From Takakia lepidozioides (lineage: Eukaryota > Plantae > Bryophyta): DNA of 64,000 nt. Positions 38,285-49,835 of the stretch are shown one piece after another; position 1 is the stretch's first letter; each line of letters opens with the position of its first letter. The notes beneath the pieces were generated by a model. That model was given only the letters and a program-made list of their open reading frames with translations. It was not told the DNA's origin and searched no databases. The DNA is taken from the NCBI GenBank assembly GCA_030704615.1, contig CM060734.1:7378001-7442000 (forward strand). Reading direction: 5' to 3'. The position numbers and the translations under genes were made by a program.

Positions 38285-41200
38285 GTGGTATCATCGACAG
38301 CTCCAACTGCTCGAGCAGTCACTCCAAAAGCCGCTACTCATCGCATGTTTGGATCGCCCAACTTGGGGCGGGAGGGCAAACTAAATCCTTTTGTTGGTGG
38401 ACGGGAGGACCTGCAGCGAGAGTACGACAAAATAGGCATTGGGGAGGTTGGTGCAGGCAGCATGGCAGGTGAAGGGCGTCGGATGAGAACAGCAGATCCG
38501 GCAATGGAGGAAGTTGATGCACATGCAGTAGGGCCCGCCCACGCAAAGAAGAAGAAGAAAGCCAAGCACATGCAATCCCCAGCGAGAGAGCCGTCACGGG
38601 CTGCGGAGGGGGGAGTGAGCAGGGCGCGCGAGGGTGTCATTTTGCCTCAATCAAAGGTGGTCGTCCTGGAGGCCTCCCCTGCTGCTACCCCTAGTAAGAA
38701 ACAGAAGGCCCGTGAGAGGGCAAAAGAGAGGGCAAAAGAACAGGCGAGACAGAAGGCTAGCGATGAGGCAAGAGAAAAGGCCACTGAAGAGGCCAAGGTT
38801 GTCGAAATGACAGATGCCCATGTAAGCGAGGGACGCACAGAGACGGTGGATCCCTCCAAGACACCACAAACAGGCAGTAACACACCGGTTACACCATCGC
38901 GGGTGGGAGCAGCCCACCAAATTACCCATACAGTGGAGACTGGAGGAGGGGAAAGAACACCACAAAGAGCACGGATTGTGGAAGTTCGAGGTGAAGCCGG
39001 GGAGAGGGCAGTAGAGACGGGGAGAGTGCTCGAGGTGGTTCCGGCGGTGGTTGACCATGTTGAGGACGACGAGAATGAGCTTTCTGACCAGGATGACATC
39101 CTCCCGGACATCCCCAGGCCCCAAACCCGAAGCATACAGGCTGGATTTGGCGATCCGGGTGGGCTGCCGGAGAACCCCCTTGCAACAAACATCATGTCGG
39201 AGGCGGATATGAAGTTGGCCGTTGCCAAGATGTTGGAGGCAACCCACAGCAACATTGGCAGGGTCCTGGGGGGCATGGTGTACCCGGCCAAGCTTCGGAT
39301 TCCCCTTTGCCGCTTGGTTTCATTGCAGGTGGTGAGACTTGCCCTCCCAGGCGATATCGACAAGCTGAAATTCTCTTTCCGGGAGGGATATCGAATGGGG
39401 TCTGCCTCGTTTTACGTTTCCATGGAGAACGACCACGGAGCTTCTCTTTCCAGCACTTGTCCGGAAAGATGTTTTACGTGTGGGACGGCAATCATCGCCT
39501 CCTGGCATGGATGGAGTACATAGCCCAAGCCCACCCCAACGACCTGGATTGGCATTTTGCCGTGGAGTGTGTTGTGCTCAAGGTTGCGGGGCCCAAAGAT
39601 CGCTTTGAGATGGCAGACATCAACTTGTAAGTTACAATGCCTCTTGCTTTGGAACTTTGAATTTGAAACAATCATTGCATTGCCAATCGTCATATTTGTT
39701 GCAAATTCTCATTTATGTATTGTTTAATGGAAATGTGGCATTGCAGGGTGACTGAGAATGCCTTCATTGCCACCAACTTGTCCCATATGCTCTTCTGAGT
39801 GAAGGATGTCGGGAAGCAAGGGGTGCAAGAGTTTGCCAATTCGCTCAGTGCCGACCTGCTACGCAAGTCGGAGGCAAAGGCAGACAGAACCCGGTATAGG
39901 CTGAGCATGGACGCCATGGTGGACTACATATTTCGGGTAAAGCTCCTGACTGTTTTGTTCAGCTTATTTGTCTCTCCTCCCCCAATAGAAGAAAAAGTGT
40001 TGACCAGGATTTCTAATCATATCTGTGCATTCTTGACAGACGAAAATTCAGCAGGATTTGGCACATGCGCGGAGGTTCTACACGGAGTCAGAGGAGAAGA
40101 AACTAACCCTCCCGGCACTGGAATCATATCTCAAAGCTGCAGAGGCGAAGGCCCGCATAAAGTACAAGTCGCGGATGGTAAAGTATGTGGCCATAGCTGA
40201 TCCCGCCCTTGGTGTCGACTTTCTGGTGGAGGTGGGGAAGCACTACTCCCACGCTCTGAAGTCCACGATGACATTGGAGAAGCTGCATCGTCTAGCCACA
40301 TCCTGTGTGGATGCAATAGAAAAGGTTATACATTCTTAACCAAATTGTCGTGGCAGCAATTCGTTTTTGTGGTGTTTGGCGCTTACTAATATGTTGGGTG
40401 GTTGGACAGACCCGGTGGCTCCAAATCTGGAATGGTTCCCAAAGTACAAAGGACATTTGTGTGTGTTTCTTGAATGCAGGTACTGCAAGTTCTCCCTTTT
40501 GGAGAAAGGTCATCTGTCCTTCGAGCCGCCATTATTCCTCGCATGGAGGAACCCTGGGGCTGACTCCATGTACACTGACGTTATCGTGAAGGAGTGGCAT
40601 CTGGAACATTTGCGCGACTACCCTTGGTATGTGGACCTTCCGCCCGGCTCGCTCGACTCATCCGAGTTTCAATTGAAGCTGGATGCGGAGGCCCGACAAA
40701 ACCGGGCTCCGCTGCCTCCGTTGGGTCCAAAGGAGGCGAAAGCGCTTGCCAAGTCCAGGAAAGCGGCAGAGCTTGCTCAGGCAGGTATTCAGGAGAAATT
40801 GAATGAGAAGAATAAAGGTCAAAAGAAACAGGGGAGTACAGTAACCCCCAAAAAACAGAAAACCACCGGGGCACCAGAGGAGACGCAGGAGGGGCCCCAA
40901 GGGAATGACTCCGACGACAACTTTGTGCAAGGTCCTGCGACTGCTGCTGCTGGTACCAAGTCACCGGTCGTCCGGGTTCCCAAGTCAGTTCGGACTGGGA
41001 CTGGCTCTGCCAAGAAGTTGGCATTTGAGGGCGAGCCTACACGGTGGTATTCGGCGGTGACGTTTCCGCAGAGGCCAAAGCTAGAACCCCCAACCATCAT
41101 CCAATGTGTCAATGAGAGCTTCCTTGACGTTATGGCTGCCAGGGCGAAAAAGGTGGCACACAGCAAGTCTGTGGAGAAGCTGAAGGGGAAAGCCAAGAAG

Positions 41201-42070
41201 AGGGCTCCCAGTACAGAGCCTAAAGACACCCCTGGTTTCGATTCCATGATGGATTGGGCTGGCGGGGATGCTCCTGGATGACGGTGGATGTATTGTGGTC
41301 CTTGCCACAAGAGGGAAGACCACAGACAATGTTGTGGCAAGGTGGACACCGAAAAGTGTCACCCCGGTCCTCCTCAAAAAATGGTTATGCATCAATACGC
41401 AGGGGTTGCAAACAGAGGGCCAGAGTGTAAGTTATCAATCTATTGCATTCACTTCATATTGTTGTGTATCTGAACTAGACCCTGGAGTTGATCCCTCTTT
41501 TGTTGGATGTGCAGACATTGGTGTTTGAGGCATATTGTTTTGTGAAGAGAGGGTCTACGTTCAAATTTTGCAACAACGGTCGTCTTGTTGATGCCGTTGT
41601 GGACCCTGTTACCTACGATGTCCTCTACAACTATGTGCCCCACTCCAGTATGCCAAAGGACACAAAGACAGGCAAACCGTGGTGGTACAGCCGGACCCGG
41701 AGCCCTGCTTTCATCCAAACCCTCATGGAGACGTGCTCGGATGTCCAAGGGCGGATTCTTGACCTCACATGCGGCACGGGTAAGCCTTCACGTGTACAGT
41801 TTGTTCCCTGGACCGATTGCAATTGCATGTCGCATGCTACTAATTGCCCGCTTTGTCCATCAGGTGCTTCAATGTGGGCAGGGACATTGTCCGACAAGCA
41901 TATCTTCGCCTTCGAGCCAGATACTGCCCTCCACAATTCTGAACTTGCAGCGGCTGAACGTCTGCCGAAAGAGGAAAGAGACATCCTCGGAGGATAAGGA
42001 AGAATCCGACAAGGAGCAGGGGGAGGTACAAGTTGGGATCGAGGCCGAGGAGCCCCCGGTTTACAAGTGA
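38285..42070 (+). pseudogene. Second ParB/Srx-like + MTase-like fusion gene (decayed)
   Basis: LRIPLCRL, FYVWDGNHRLLAW, DPALG..EKLHRLA, WYVDLPP, LLDDGGCIVV, RSPAFIQTLME, ILDLTCGTGASMWAG...IFAFEPD; internal deletions, frameshifts and a TGA near 39796. Confidence 0.8.
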
Positions 42071-42779
42071 GTGGTCGCATTGTAAGTTGCCTCCTGATTT
42101 CGTGAGGCACCTCCCTTTGCTCTCTTATTTCATTGAAAGACCTTTTGTGCTTCTGCTGGTATTGACATTCTTGAAGTGGATTTGTTCTTACTATAGGATG
42201 CCAAGTACTGCAGGAGGGACATCTACACCGCAGTTTATGGGCAGGAGGAACGTGCCATTTTTTGCCAGGGGGGATTTCATGCTGAGTCCAGAAAGGGACT
42301 ACATCTTTCCTACTTATGCTACCCGGCTTGCTTCGGTGTCAATTAGGAGGTCTTCCGAACCTAGTCGTGTACAGCAGATTTTAGACGGGGAAAACCTCAA
42401 GAAAATGAAGATGAGGGAGGAGGCAGCAACTATTAGAGCCCGTCAGGCTCGTAGATTTGTCTTGGATTCTGCTGAGGAAAGTGGGGGAGAAGAGGCAGAA
42501 GATTCCCAGGAGGTGAGGTGGACAGTCCCCCAAGGAGAGGACAATATTTTTGAGAAGCATAGTGGAACTGATGCATCTTATAGCTCAGAGGATGGGGGGG
42601 ATGAGGGGGATGAGGAGGAAGGTGGGGCAAGTTCCTCGGAGGGTGTAGGAGAGTAGTGCCCATTCCGGCTATGACGGTTAGGACACACTTGTATAGATGT
42701 GGCTTGCCACAAAAATTGCAATTAAATATTGCATTTCATTGCTATGACGAGTCCACTGGTGCCAAATTCCAACTTCATA

Positions 42780-42890
42780 TGACCTTATTTCCGTGCCTCC
42801 TAACCCTATTTCCATGGACACACAATGGTCCGCTCATGTTTTTTTTTTTTCCCGCTCATGCTCATGCCGCTCATGAAATAGCAGCCCCCG
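42780..42890. mobile_element. Probable element end with GCTCATG repeats
   Basis: GCTCATG x4 then AAATAGCAGCCCCCG, resembling the reverse complement of the 19458 terminus and the 61261 end. Confidence 0.55.
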
Positions 42891-42953
42891 CACAGGCCAT
42901 ACCTAAGATGTAATTGTGGACCTGGTGCAGCTCCGTCTGGATGTGTTGGAAGT

Positions 42954-43568
42954 GTGGCTTGGTTCGATCACTTGGTCTGGTACATGATTAACCATCTTGG
43001 GGCATTTTTTCCTGATGCAACATACCCCTCCGCACAAAGCAAGTACTATAGCTTCATTGTATGGCTGATCAGGGCTGCAATACTGGCTCAGATAACATTC
43101 CAAATGATCCAAGAGCTCCTATTGGAAGCAACAAAAACTTTTGCCGATAATTCCAAGGCAAAATTGCTTGATAGGCTACCGGACTCCAAAGGGGCCAAAT
43201 TCATTGAGAGATTGATCAAACCTGGATCCTTCTCCAACAGCCTCCCCAAACCTGCGTTTAATAGCTATAAACGGCAACGCATTGAAGGGAACACTTTCCA
43301 GCAAACAGGGAGACCCAACCAGGGCAGGGGTGCTAATTTCAGAGGACGTGGGGGCTACCAAAGAGGTGGCAGGTTTGGGCAGAGACAACAATCTTTCTCC
43401 AACTCCGAGAAGGCTAAGTCCGCAACCAAAACATCCAATGGAGGCTCTGGATCCAATTCGTGCTCCACAATCGACATTGGGAGCCATGGTTCAAACCGAT
43501 CCAGGCAGATGGCAGGAGAGTTCTCCCAATCCAAAAGAGGAACTTTGATGCCTGGGAATGATCACTGA
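42954..43568 (+). pseudogene. Basic RGG-rich gag/ORF1-like fragment of a retroelement (class uncertain)
   Basis: RGRGGYQRGGRFGQ low-complexity tail; no catalytic motifs. Confidence 0.3.
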
Positions 43569-46559
43569 CAACCTAAAAATGGTATGTCCTTTCCCTTATG
43601 TATGCAGATTTGTTGAATAGTGATGGAACAAAAAGAAAGAAAACCATGCATAAAGCAGCTAGTTTCTTACACCTGTAACACCTTGAATAAACTAGTTTAT
43701 TTCGGGGTCTATGCTCAATACATACCCCAATCACACCATTAAGGTTTATATACTTGTTTCAAATACCCAGCTTGACTAAGGGTAGCCTGATAATCCTTTA
43801 CGGGACATCTTCCGAAGGATTGGCCTAGGAGCAGGGAGAGATTACCCTTTTGGAGAGGAGTCTGGTATGCACTCCCTTACGGGGTGAGTGCATACCACAC
43901 TCACTTCGTAAGGGCCTGCCATAGCAGGGGTTGGATGGTGGGATTCCCTCTCTCTCCCTCTCTCTCCCTCTAGAAATTGGGTTTATGGAATTGTTGTCCC
44001 GACTTTCATCTTTGAAAAAATTGAAAAAATTGAAAAATTGGGTTGCAGGGAATTTTGGATGTTTTTCATCCAAAATACATTTTTTTCCCTAGTGAAACAT
44101 TTCTTCATTACCTGTGAGGTTTTTTGCTTCATCTGAACATCAACCCGGAATATACTGATTGAAAAACTCCCGTCATTTTTTATTTTTTCAATCCAACCTG
44201 GATGAAAAAAAGACTTCATCTGACATGACCTAAATACGGGGCAAGACATGTATATAAAAAAGTTTTTATTAAAAAAACCCCCCGATGTTTTTCATCTAAC
44301 CTAGATGAAAGGCGGACTGCATCCGTCGAGTTCAAGACAGGATGAACGCACGATGAGAAACGAACAACGTCCGTCGGGCATGCAGGCTGGCGGATGTTTT
44401 TCATCCTGAGAAGGATGAATGACGGGCCAGACAGGGGAAAACCCTGCGCAACCCTAATGTATTTCTTTTTGCACTGCGAGAGCGCGCACGATGGCGGCTT
44501 CGGAGGAGCGATGGTGCTCGTGCTGCAGATACCTTGAGCTGCCAATCCTTGAGTGTTTATGGCTCCTGTGAGCGCCGCCTATGCGGGCTCTTTAAGGCGA
44601 TGGCGGTGGCTTAGAGATGAGGGAAGATTCACTGTCTCATTTGTCTGTTTTTTTACTGCACAAGGGAACCATGGCAGTGATGGCGGAGCTACCACCTGCC
44701 TGCTTATGAAGTTTCCTAGGAGCCCTCCTCTGGATCTTTGATGAATGGCGGCGTCTTGGTAGAACAAGGAAGTCTCTCTCTCCCTCCCTTTATAAGCCCT
44801 ACCTTTTGAGACCAAGCTCTTTTTTCTTGTGCTTGGCAAGACCTTGTCTTGGTTAAGGTAGCAGTGTTGTGGTGCTGGCGGAGACCTCCCTGCACGGTTA
44901 GGCTTGTGGAGAGATGACGACTCTCCCCCAAACAGTAAAAAATGTTCTTTTTCTATTTGTCTTGCTTCTCTGCTTTCTTTGGCATTCTATGGGCTTAGAT
45001 TGAGTGTATTTGACCTCGATAGCAAGTGTGGAAGCCTGCTACTCACCTCGTGCATCCTCACTAACTCACAATGCGTTGTGGTTGTTTTTGGGACGGGCAC
45101 ATGTGAGGGCTTCAACTTAATATTCTGATGTCTAGGTGCTGCTGGATGCCAAGTGGGATTGCAGAGCAGGGTAAGGAATCGCTTGCCAGGGACTCATCTT
45201 AAAATGTTGAAAAACTAAACTACTCTATGGTTTTTCTTGATCCTACCTCTTTCCTTCCTTTATTTTTTGAAGAACAAGTGTAATGCTTTCTACGATGGGC
45301 TATTGCGGCCTAGCTAGTGGAAAACCTCTGCTTTGTTGTGACAACCGGGTTTATGATGACTTGTGTGAGAGACACACATCTGTTTTCTAGGCCCTAGTTT
45401 GCTTTGCTTACCTTATGGTAGTTGGAAACAAATTGAGAAGCTGCAAGGAACTGTTTGCTGCAGCTACTCGGGTATCCATGTTGGTAAAATACCCCTGTTA
45501 TGTTCCAACCCGGATGGCTTTTTTAGCTAGATGCTTAGGCTAGGGTATGGTGAAGTTTCTGCCTGTGGCTATTCGGCTGACACTGAAATATGGCAGTAAT
45601 ATATTTGGTAACTGATTTTTGAGGCAGCCAAGGTGGTCAAGGGGTAACATGGTGTAATGACATGGTCAAATGTGAAATGATGTGAATAGGGTGTACTGAC
45701 AGTATCATATACTGTCACAGGATGTGTATGCAGTCTTTTATCTTTCCCTTGCTGTGTCATGAACTTTGATTTTCAGCTGTAACTACGGATTTGTCCGTAG
45801 GAGTTATGTGATTGTCAGAAAATTGAACGCATAGTCAATAATCGGCCATCCACATATTTTAATACAGCTGATTTTGTTATGGCGAAAGGCTGCATGATTA
45901 TCATGAGAATCATGGAACAAAGGAAGTACAATGTGCAAAGATAAACAGTATCCACACACTTCAGGTGTCCTCGTGGCCTGCTGCATCACATTGTCCAGTG
46001 CCCCTAATCCTAGTTCGTGAAATAAAGGTTTAGGGGTATTCTAGAAAACTTACCAGACATATCCACCTCCCCTGTGGGGGCAAGCTGTGCTGCAAACCAG
46101 TCTAAACAGATACTGGCAGGGCAAGGTATTTAAATCTGTGATATCCAAGTGTTTTTTATTTATTTTTAAACCTCCATGACACCCATGGGGTTTGAGTAAG
46201 TATGCTTGGATTATAGCTTGCAGACAGTAAATCTGTATGACCATTTGACCTGCACCACATCAAGGCCAAAATATGGCCGAGTACCCGCCATCCCACCCAG
46301 ACCTCTGAATGTATATCATGATCATGACTGGTGGTCAATCAGCATCAATGGCATACTCTTTGGGTTATGAATAATACTGACATGAACACATTACTGTGCA
46401 TGGATGTAATTCTGGATTTTCTAAGCTTGATGATTGATGGATGGTGCAACTGTTAAGTGGCTGACATGTTTGATTATTATTTCATGACAACGACCTTAGG
46501 GTTCCTATCTTTGTCTTGACATGACAAAAAGTATCTTCCCTCTCTTGTGTGCTGCTCTC

Positions 46560-47163
46560 TTTTAAGCTCCAGACGAGATAAATTCAAGGTCAGATGGTGG
46601 GTTCAGCTGCAACATATGTCCAACACCAGATATCCTAAGTTAATCGACTCTATATCTTGGAAACAGGACCGCCCTGTCAAACAGGGTAAGCCGTGGGAGA
46701 AGAGAGTAGAAGAGATTCTCAAGGATCTGAATCTAGACCCGCAAGTCTTGACCTTGCTGGATAAACCCGACTTAGAGAGTGTAGTGTCCAAAGCCATGTT
46801 TGTTACCAGAAAATTGTCCGATGAAAATGAAGTTAGGAAGAAAACTTCTCTGAACCTGTTTCCACTGTGACATGGGGGAGGACATCATGGATGCGCTCAA
46901 GGGTCTATCCCACTCTTGGCACCAGACTGACATTTAAACTCAGGGCAGGAAGACTACCTTTGAACAGTAAACAGAAGCAGAGAGGAAAGGGAGAGTGCAA
47001 TTGCCCATTGTGTGGGCAATCTGAAGACAATATTCATTTTCTGATGTCCGGGGTTCTCTCACCAAAGAGACGCTCTCTTCAAATCTATCAAGGGAATTGT
47101 GCATGTACTTTTGTTTACCAACTTAAAAAGTCTCGAGGCTGAGCCAAAAGCCCAGCCCCTTCT
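46560..47163 (+). mobile_element. Internal fragment of the same LINE family as 6560-9750
   Basis: Near-identical translation (RYPKLIDSISWKQDRPVKQ; CNCPLCGQSED). Confidence 0.9.
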
Positions 47164-47209
47164 GCTCAGTAACTCCCCACCCAACATTTTATTTTATTTT
47201 TTTCGTTTC

Positions 47210-47213
<4 letters not shown>

Positions 47214-47255
<42 letters not shown>
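47214..47255. repeat. (TC)n microsatellite
   Basis: Direct observation. Confidence 0.95.
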
Positions 47256-47258
<3 letters not shown>

Positions 47259-47746
47259 TTTGATGTGACATACAAGTTATGGACAACTCTCGACATCTTT
47301 CCCTTGATCCCACATCCCACCCTGACCTACCTCTGCTGCTGCTACTGCTGGTGCTTCAAGCGAGCTGTTGCGGCGAGCTGTTGCGGTGCTGTCGCGGCTG
47401 CCAACGGCGCGGGTCCCCGCCACCGCAGGGCGTCTCTCTCCCCGCTCACCACGGCTCTCTCTCTCTCTCTCTTCAGCTCGTTTAGATCGCGCCTCTACGC
47501 GGTGTTCCTACCACACAGGGGAGAGAGACATCAGCCGTGCTTAGGGCAAGAAAGCAAGAGAGAAAGTGAGGGAGGAGGCGGTGCTTACCTTGGGCGTTGG
47601 AGCGGCGTTGGGGCAAACTCCTTGGGCCTTGCGACCACCTAGGGCTCAGTAGCAGGTGCGTTTCTCCTCCACCCTAAACCTCACTCTCTGAACAACCTCT
47701 CTCCCAAAGAACAAACGAAAACGGGAGGGGAAAGAGGTGCTTCAAG

Positions 47747-48639
47747 CACTTAGGGAAAAAAAAGGGCGCGACGCCTACGTGCGACGCCCGGCCGTTGCAC
47801 GCCTGCGCCCCGCCCTTTTTTTGAAATCTAAAAATGGTATTTGCGACGGCGGGCCGTCGCTGCTTGCGACCCTTGGCCCCATAAATAAAAAAACACGTCG
47901 CCTCCCGCGACGGCTTTCCGTCGCGGGGTGCGACCCCCAGGTAAAAATTTGAAAAAAACGCGTCGCCAAATGCGACGTGGCGACGCAAGGGTATCGCAGG
48001 AGGCGATGGCCGGCCTTTATGGGTTTAGGGTTTAGGGCCTTTTGGGGTTCTTAGTTTTTATTTTTTAATTTTTTAATTTCATATGGTATTGGGTTAGGGT
48101 GTTTGCTTTTCTTTATGGTGTTGGGTTTTGGATTGGCAGTTTTGGTTGTGGGTCTTGGGGTTGAAAGGATAAACAGTGTAATCAGGATCACATACCCAAA
48201 ATGTGGTTCAATCTGATAAGCGCAAAGCGCTGGGTCTCAACAAATTTTTCCATGGTGTGGGCATCCTGAAGATAGAATGTGAGGAAGGATTTATTGTCTT
48301 GGGCTCTCTAGCACCATAGGGATGCTCTGCCTTTGGTTACCAATTTTGAAAGCCCCGAGGCTGAGGCATAGGGTTTTTTCGCCAACGGTTTTTGAGAAAT
48401 GAAAGTGCTGGTGGTGTGTGTTAATTAGGATGCGATGGTGAGGAAACATCGACCCGTCTCCCTCGAGGATGGGGATGTAGTACCACATATCGATTGTGGC
48501 CCTAGAGCGACCGTTTTTCGTGGCGAGGAGCCACCCATTGCACCTGATCCAATACAGGCTGTCGGACACAATCGTAGAAGGGACCGGGGCCAAATTTCAG
48601 GTGATGCGGAGGATGTTGACACTCCGGGATCAAGTCGGG
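47747..48639 (+). mobile_element. CACTA-like element copy B, left end, truncated by an LTR
   Basis: Starts CACTTAGGGAAAAA followed by inverted GCGAC/GTCGC subterminal repeats; ORF MVRKH at 48435. Confidence 0.6.
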
Positions 48640-49835
48640 GGTTACACAGCCTGCCACAGCTTCACACAGCCCGACACAGCTTCGCACAGCTTTACACAGC
48701 CAGTCACAGCCCGCCACAGCTTCGCACAACTTTACACAGCCAGTCACAACCCGCCACAGCTTCACACAGCCCGCCACAGCCAGTCACAGCTCGCCACAGC
48801 TTCGCACAGCCTCGCACAGCCAGTCACAGCCCGACACAGCTTTACACAGCCTGTCACAGTACATGGGGAACAGTTATCATTGACAAGGAACGACTGTGAG
48901 GGAACGACATTTGCAGAGGGAACGTGTTACTTCAAGGGTGACGGTTAGTTAGTTAGGTGGTTAAAACAGCTTGCGGGTAGATTAGGAGAGCGGCAACGGG
49001 AAGGGGAGTACTTCACGGGGAGCGCTTCTTGGTCATGCATAAGAGGAGATCAGGCGGAGAGCAAGAACGAGAGCACGTAGAATGAGGGAAGATGAACAGT
49101 AGTTGCTTGTTACATGCAAAACCGTAGTGGTCCTGTAGGGCAGATTAGAGTCACCATGGCATTGGCCCGATACCTGATAAATCATAATCTGATACTTATT
49201 CGATACAATCACACCGTGTAGAGAGACATGAGTGAAGCTGTGGAATGAATGCATGATTAATTGGAACTTAGTAGATACTGAAACAATCTGATGCTTCAGT
49301 ATACACGGTAAGGTAAATTGATAACATGAAGGCAAGAAGGAATACAAATAGGAAGCACAACCATGATTCACTAGCTGCAGGTCATGACTGATTGTTTTGA
49401 GCGGGCTGAGTGCTTAGAGATATCCAACTCTTCTATCTTGGAGTTTCCACCTCGGATAGCGAAGGGATGGGTGAGTAAAAGCCGCTCGACATTTGGCGAC
49501 CATACTGGGGAAACTAAGTCATGAACCACCAGATGTGACAAGCATCTGGTGGGATCATGGTGGTTGGAGAATTAAAGAATTTGATGTGAATCAAATTCCC
49601 TGTGGAACTGAGAAGGAAAGATTGTCGAAACAATTCTTTCAGAGGTTCTTGGAATTGCCAGACGGTTGTAAGGAAAACATTCTTAAGAGAGTGCATGATG
49701 CTGACCTTGAGTGGGGTCTGGAGAAAGGAGTGATAAAGATTTATCAGGTGGCCTGTAGAGGAAGAGCACGATGGTTACCAACACTGGTTTATGTGATAGC
49801 ATTGCTATCCATTAAGCGAGTAGAGTTTGAAGGCT

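Noticed and set aside
19458-42890. 19458 and 42890 as the two ends of one large element
   Set aside because: Flanks GCCCTAAGT and CACAGGCCA do not match, and both look like cargo-side ends
43650-43900. Weak similarity to 215-410
   Set aside because: Only short scattered matches; cannot be supported without an alignment
44550-46540. Possible host gene 5' region
   Set aside because: No recognisable coding exon; ORFs are short and motif-free
48020-48040. TTTAGGG telomere-like repeats
   Set aside because: Only 2-3 units inside a transposon; more likely telo-box-like or chance
34357-48639. About 1-kb inverted repeats as giant TIRs enclosing ParB-MTase copy 2
   Set aside because: The CACT-type terminus and subterminal repeats face inward (47747, about 35332), so these are two independent copies in opposite orientation
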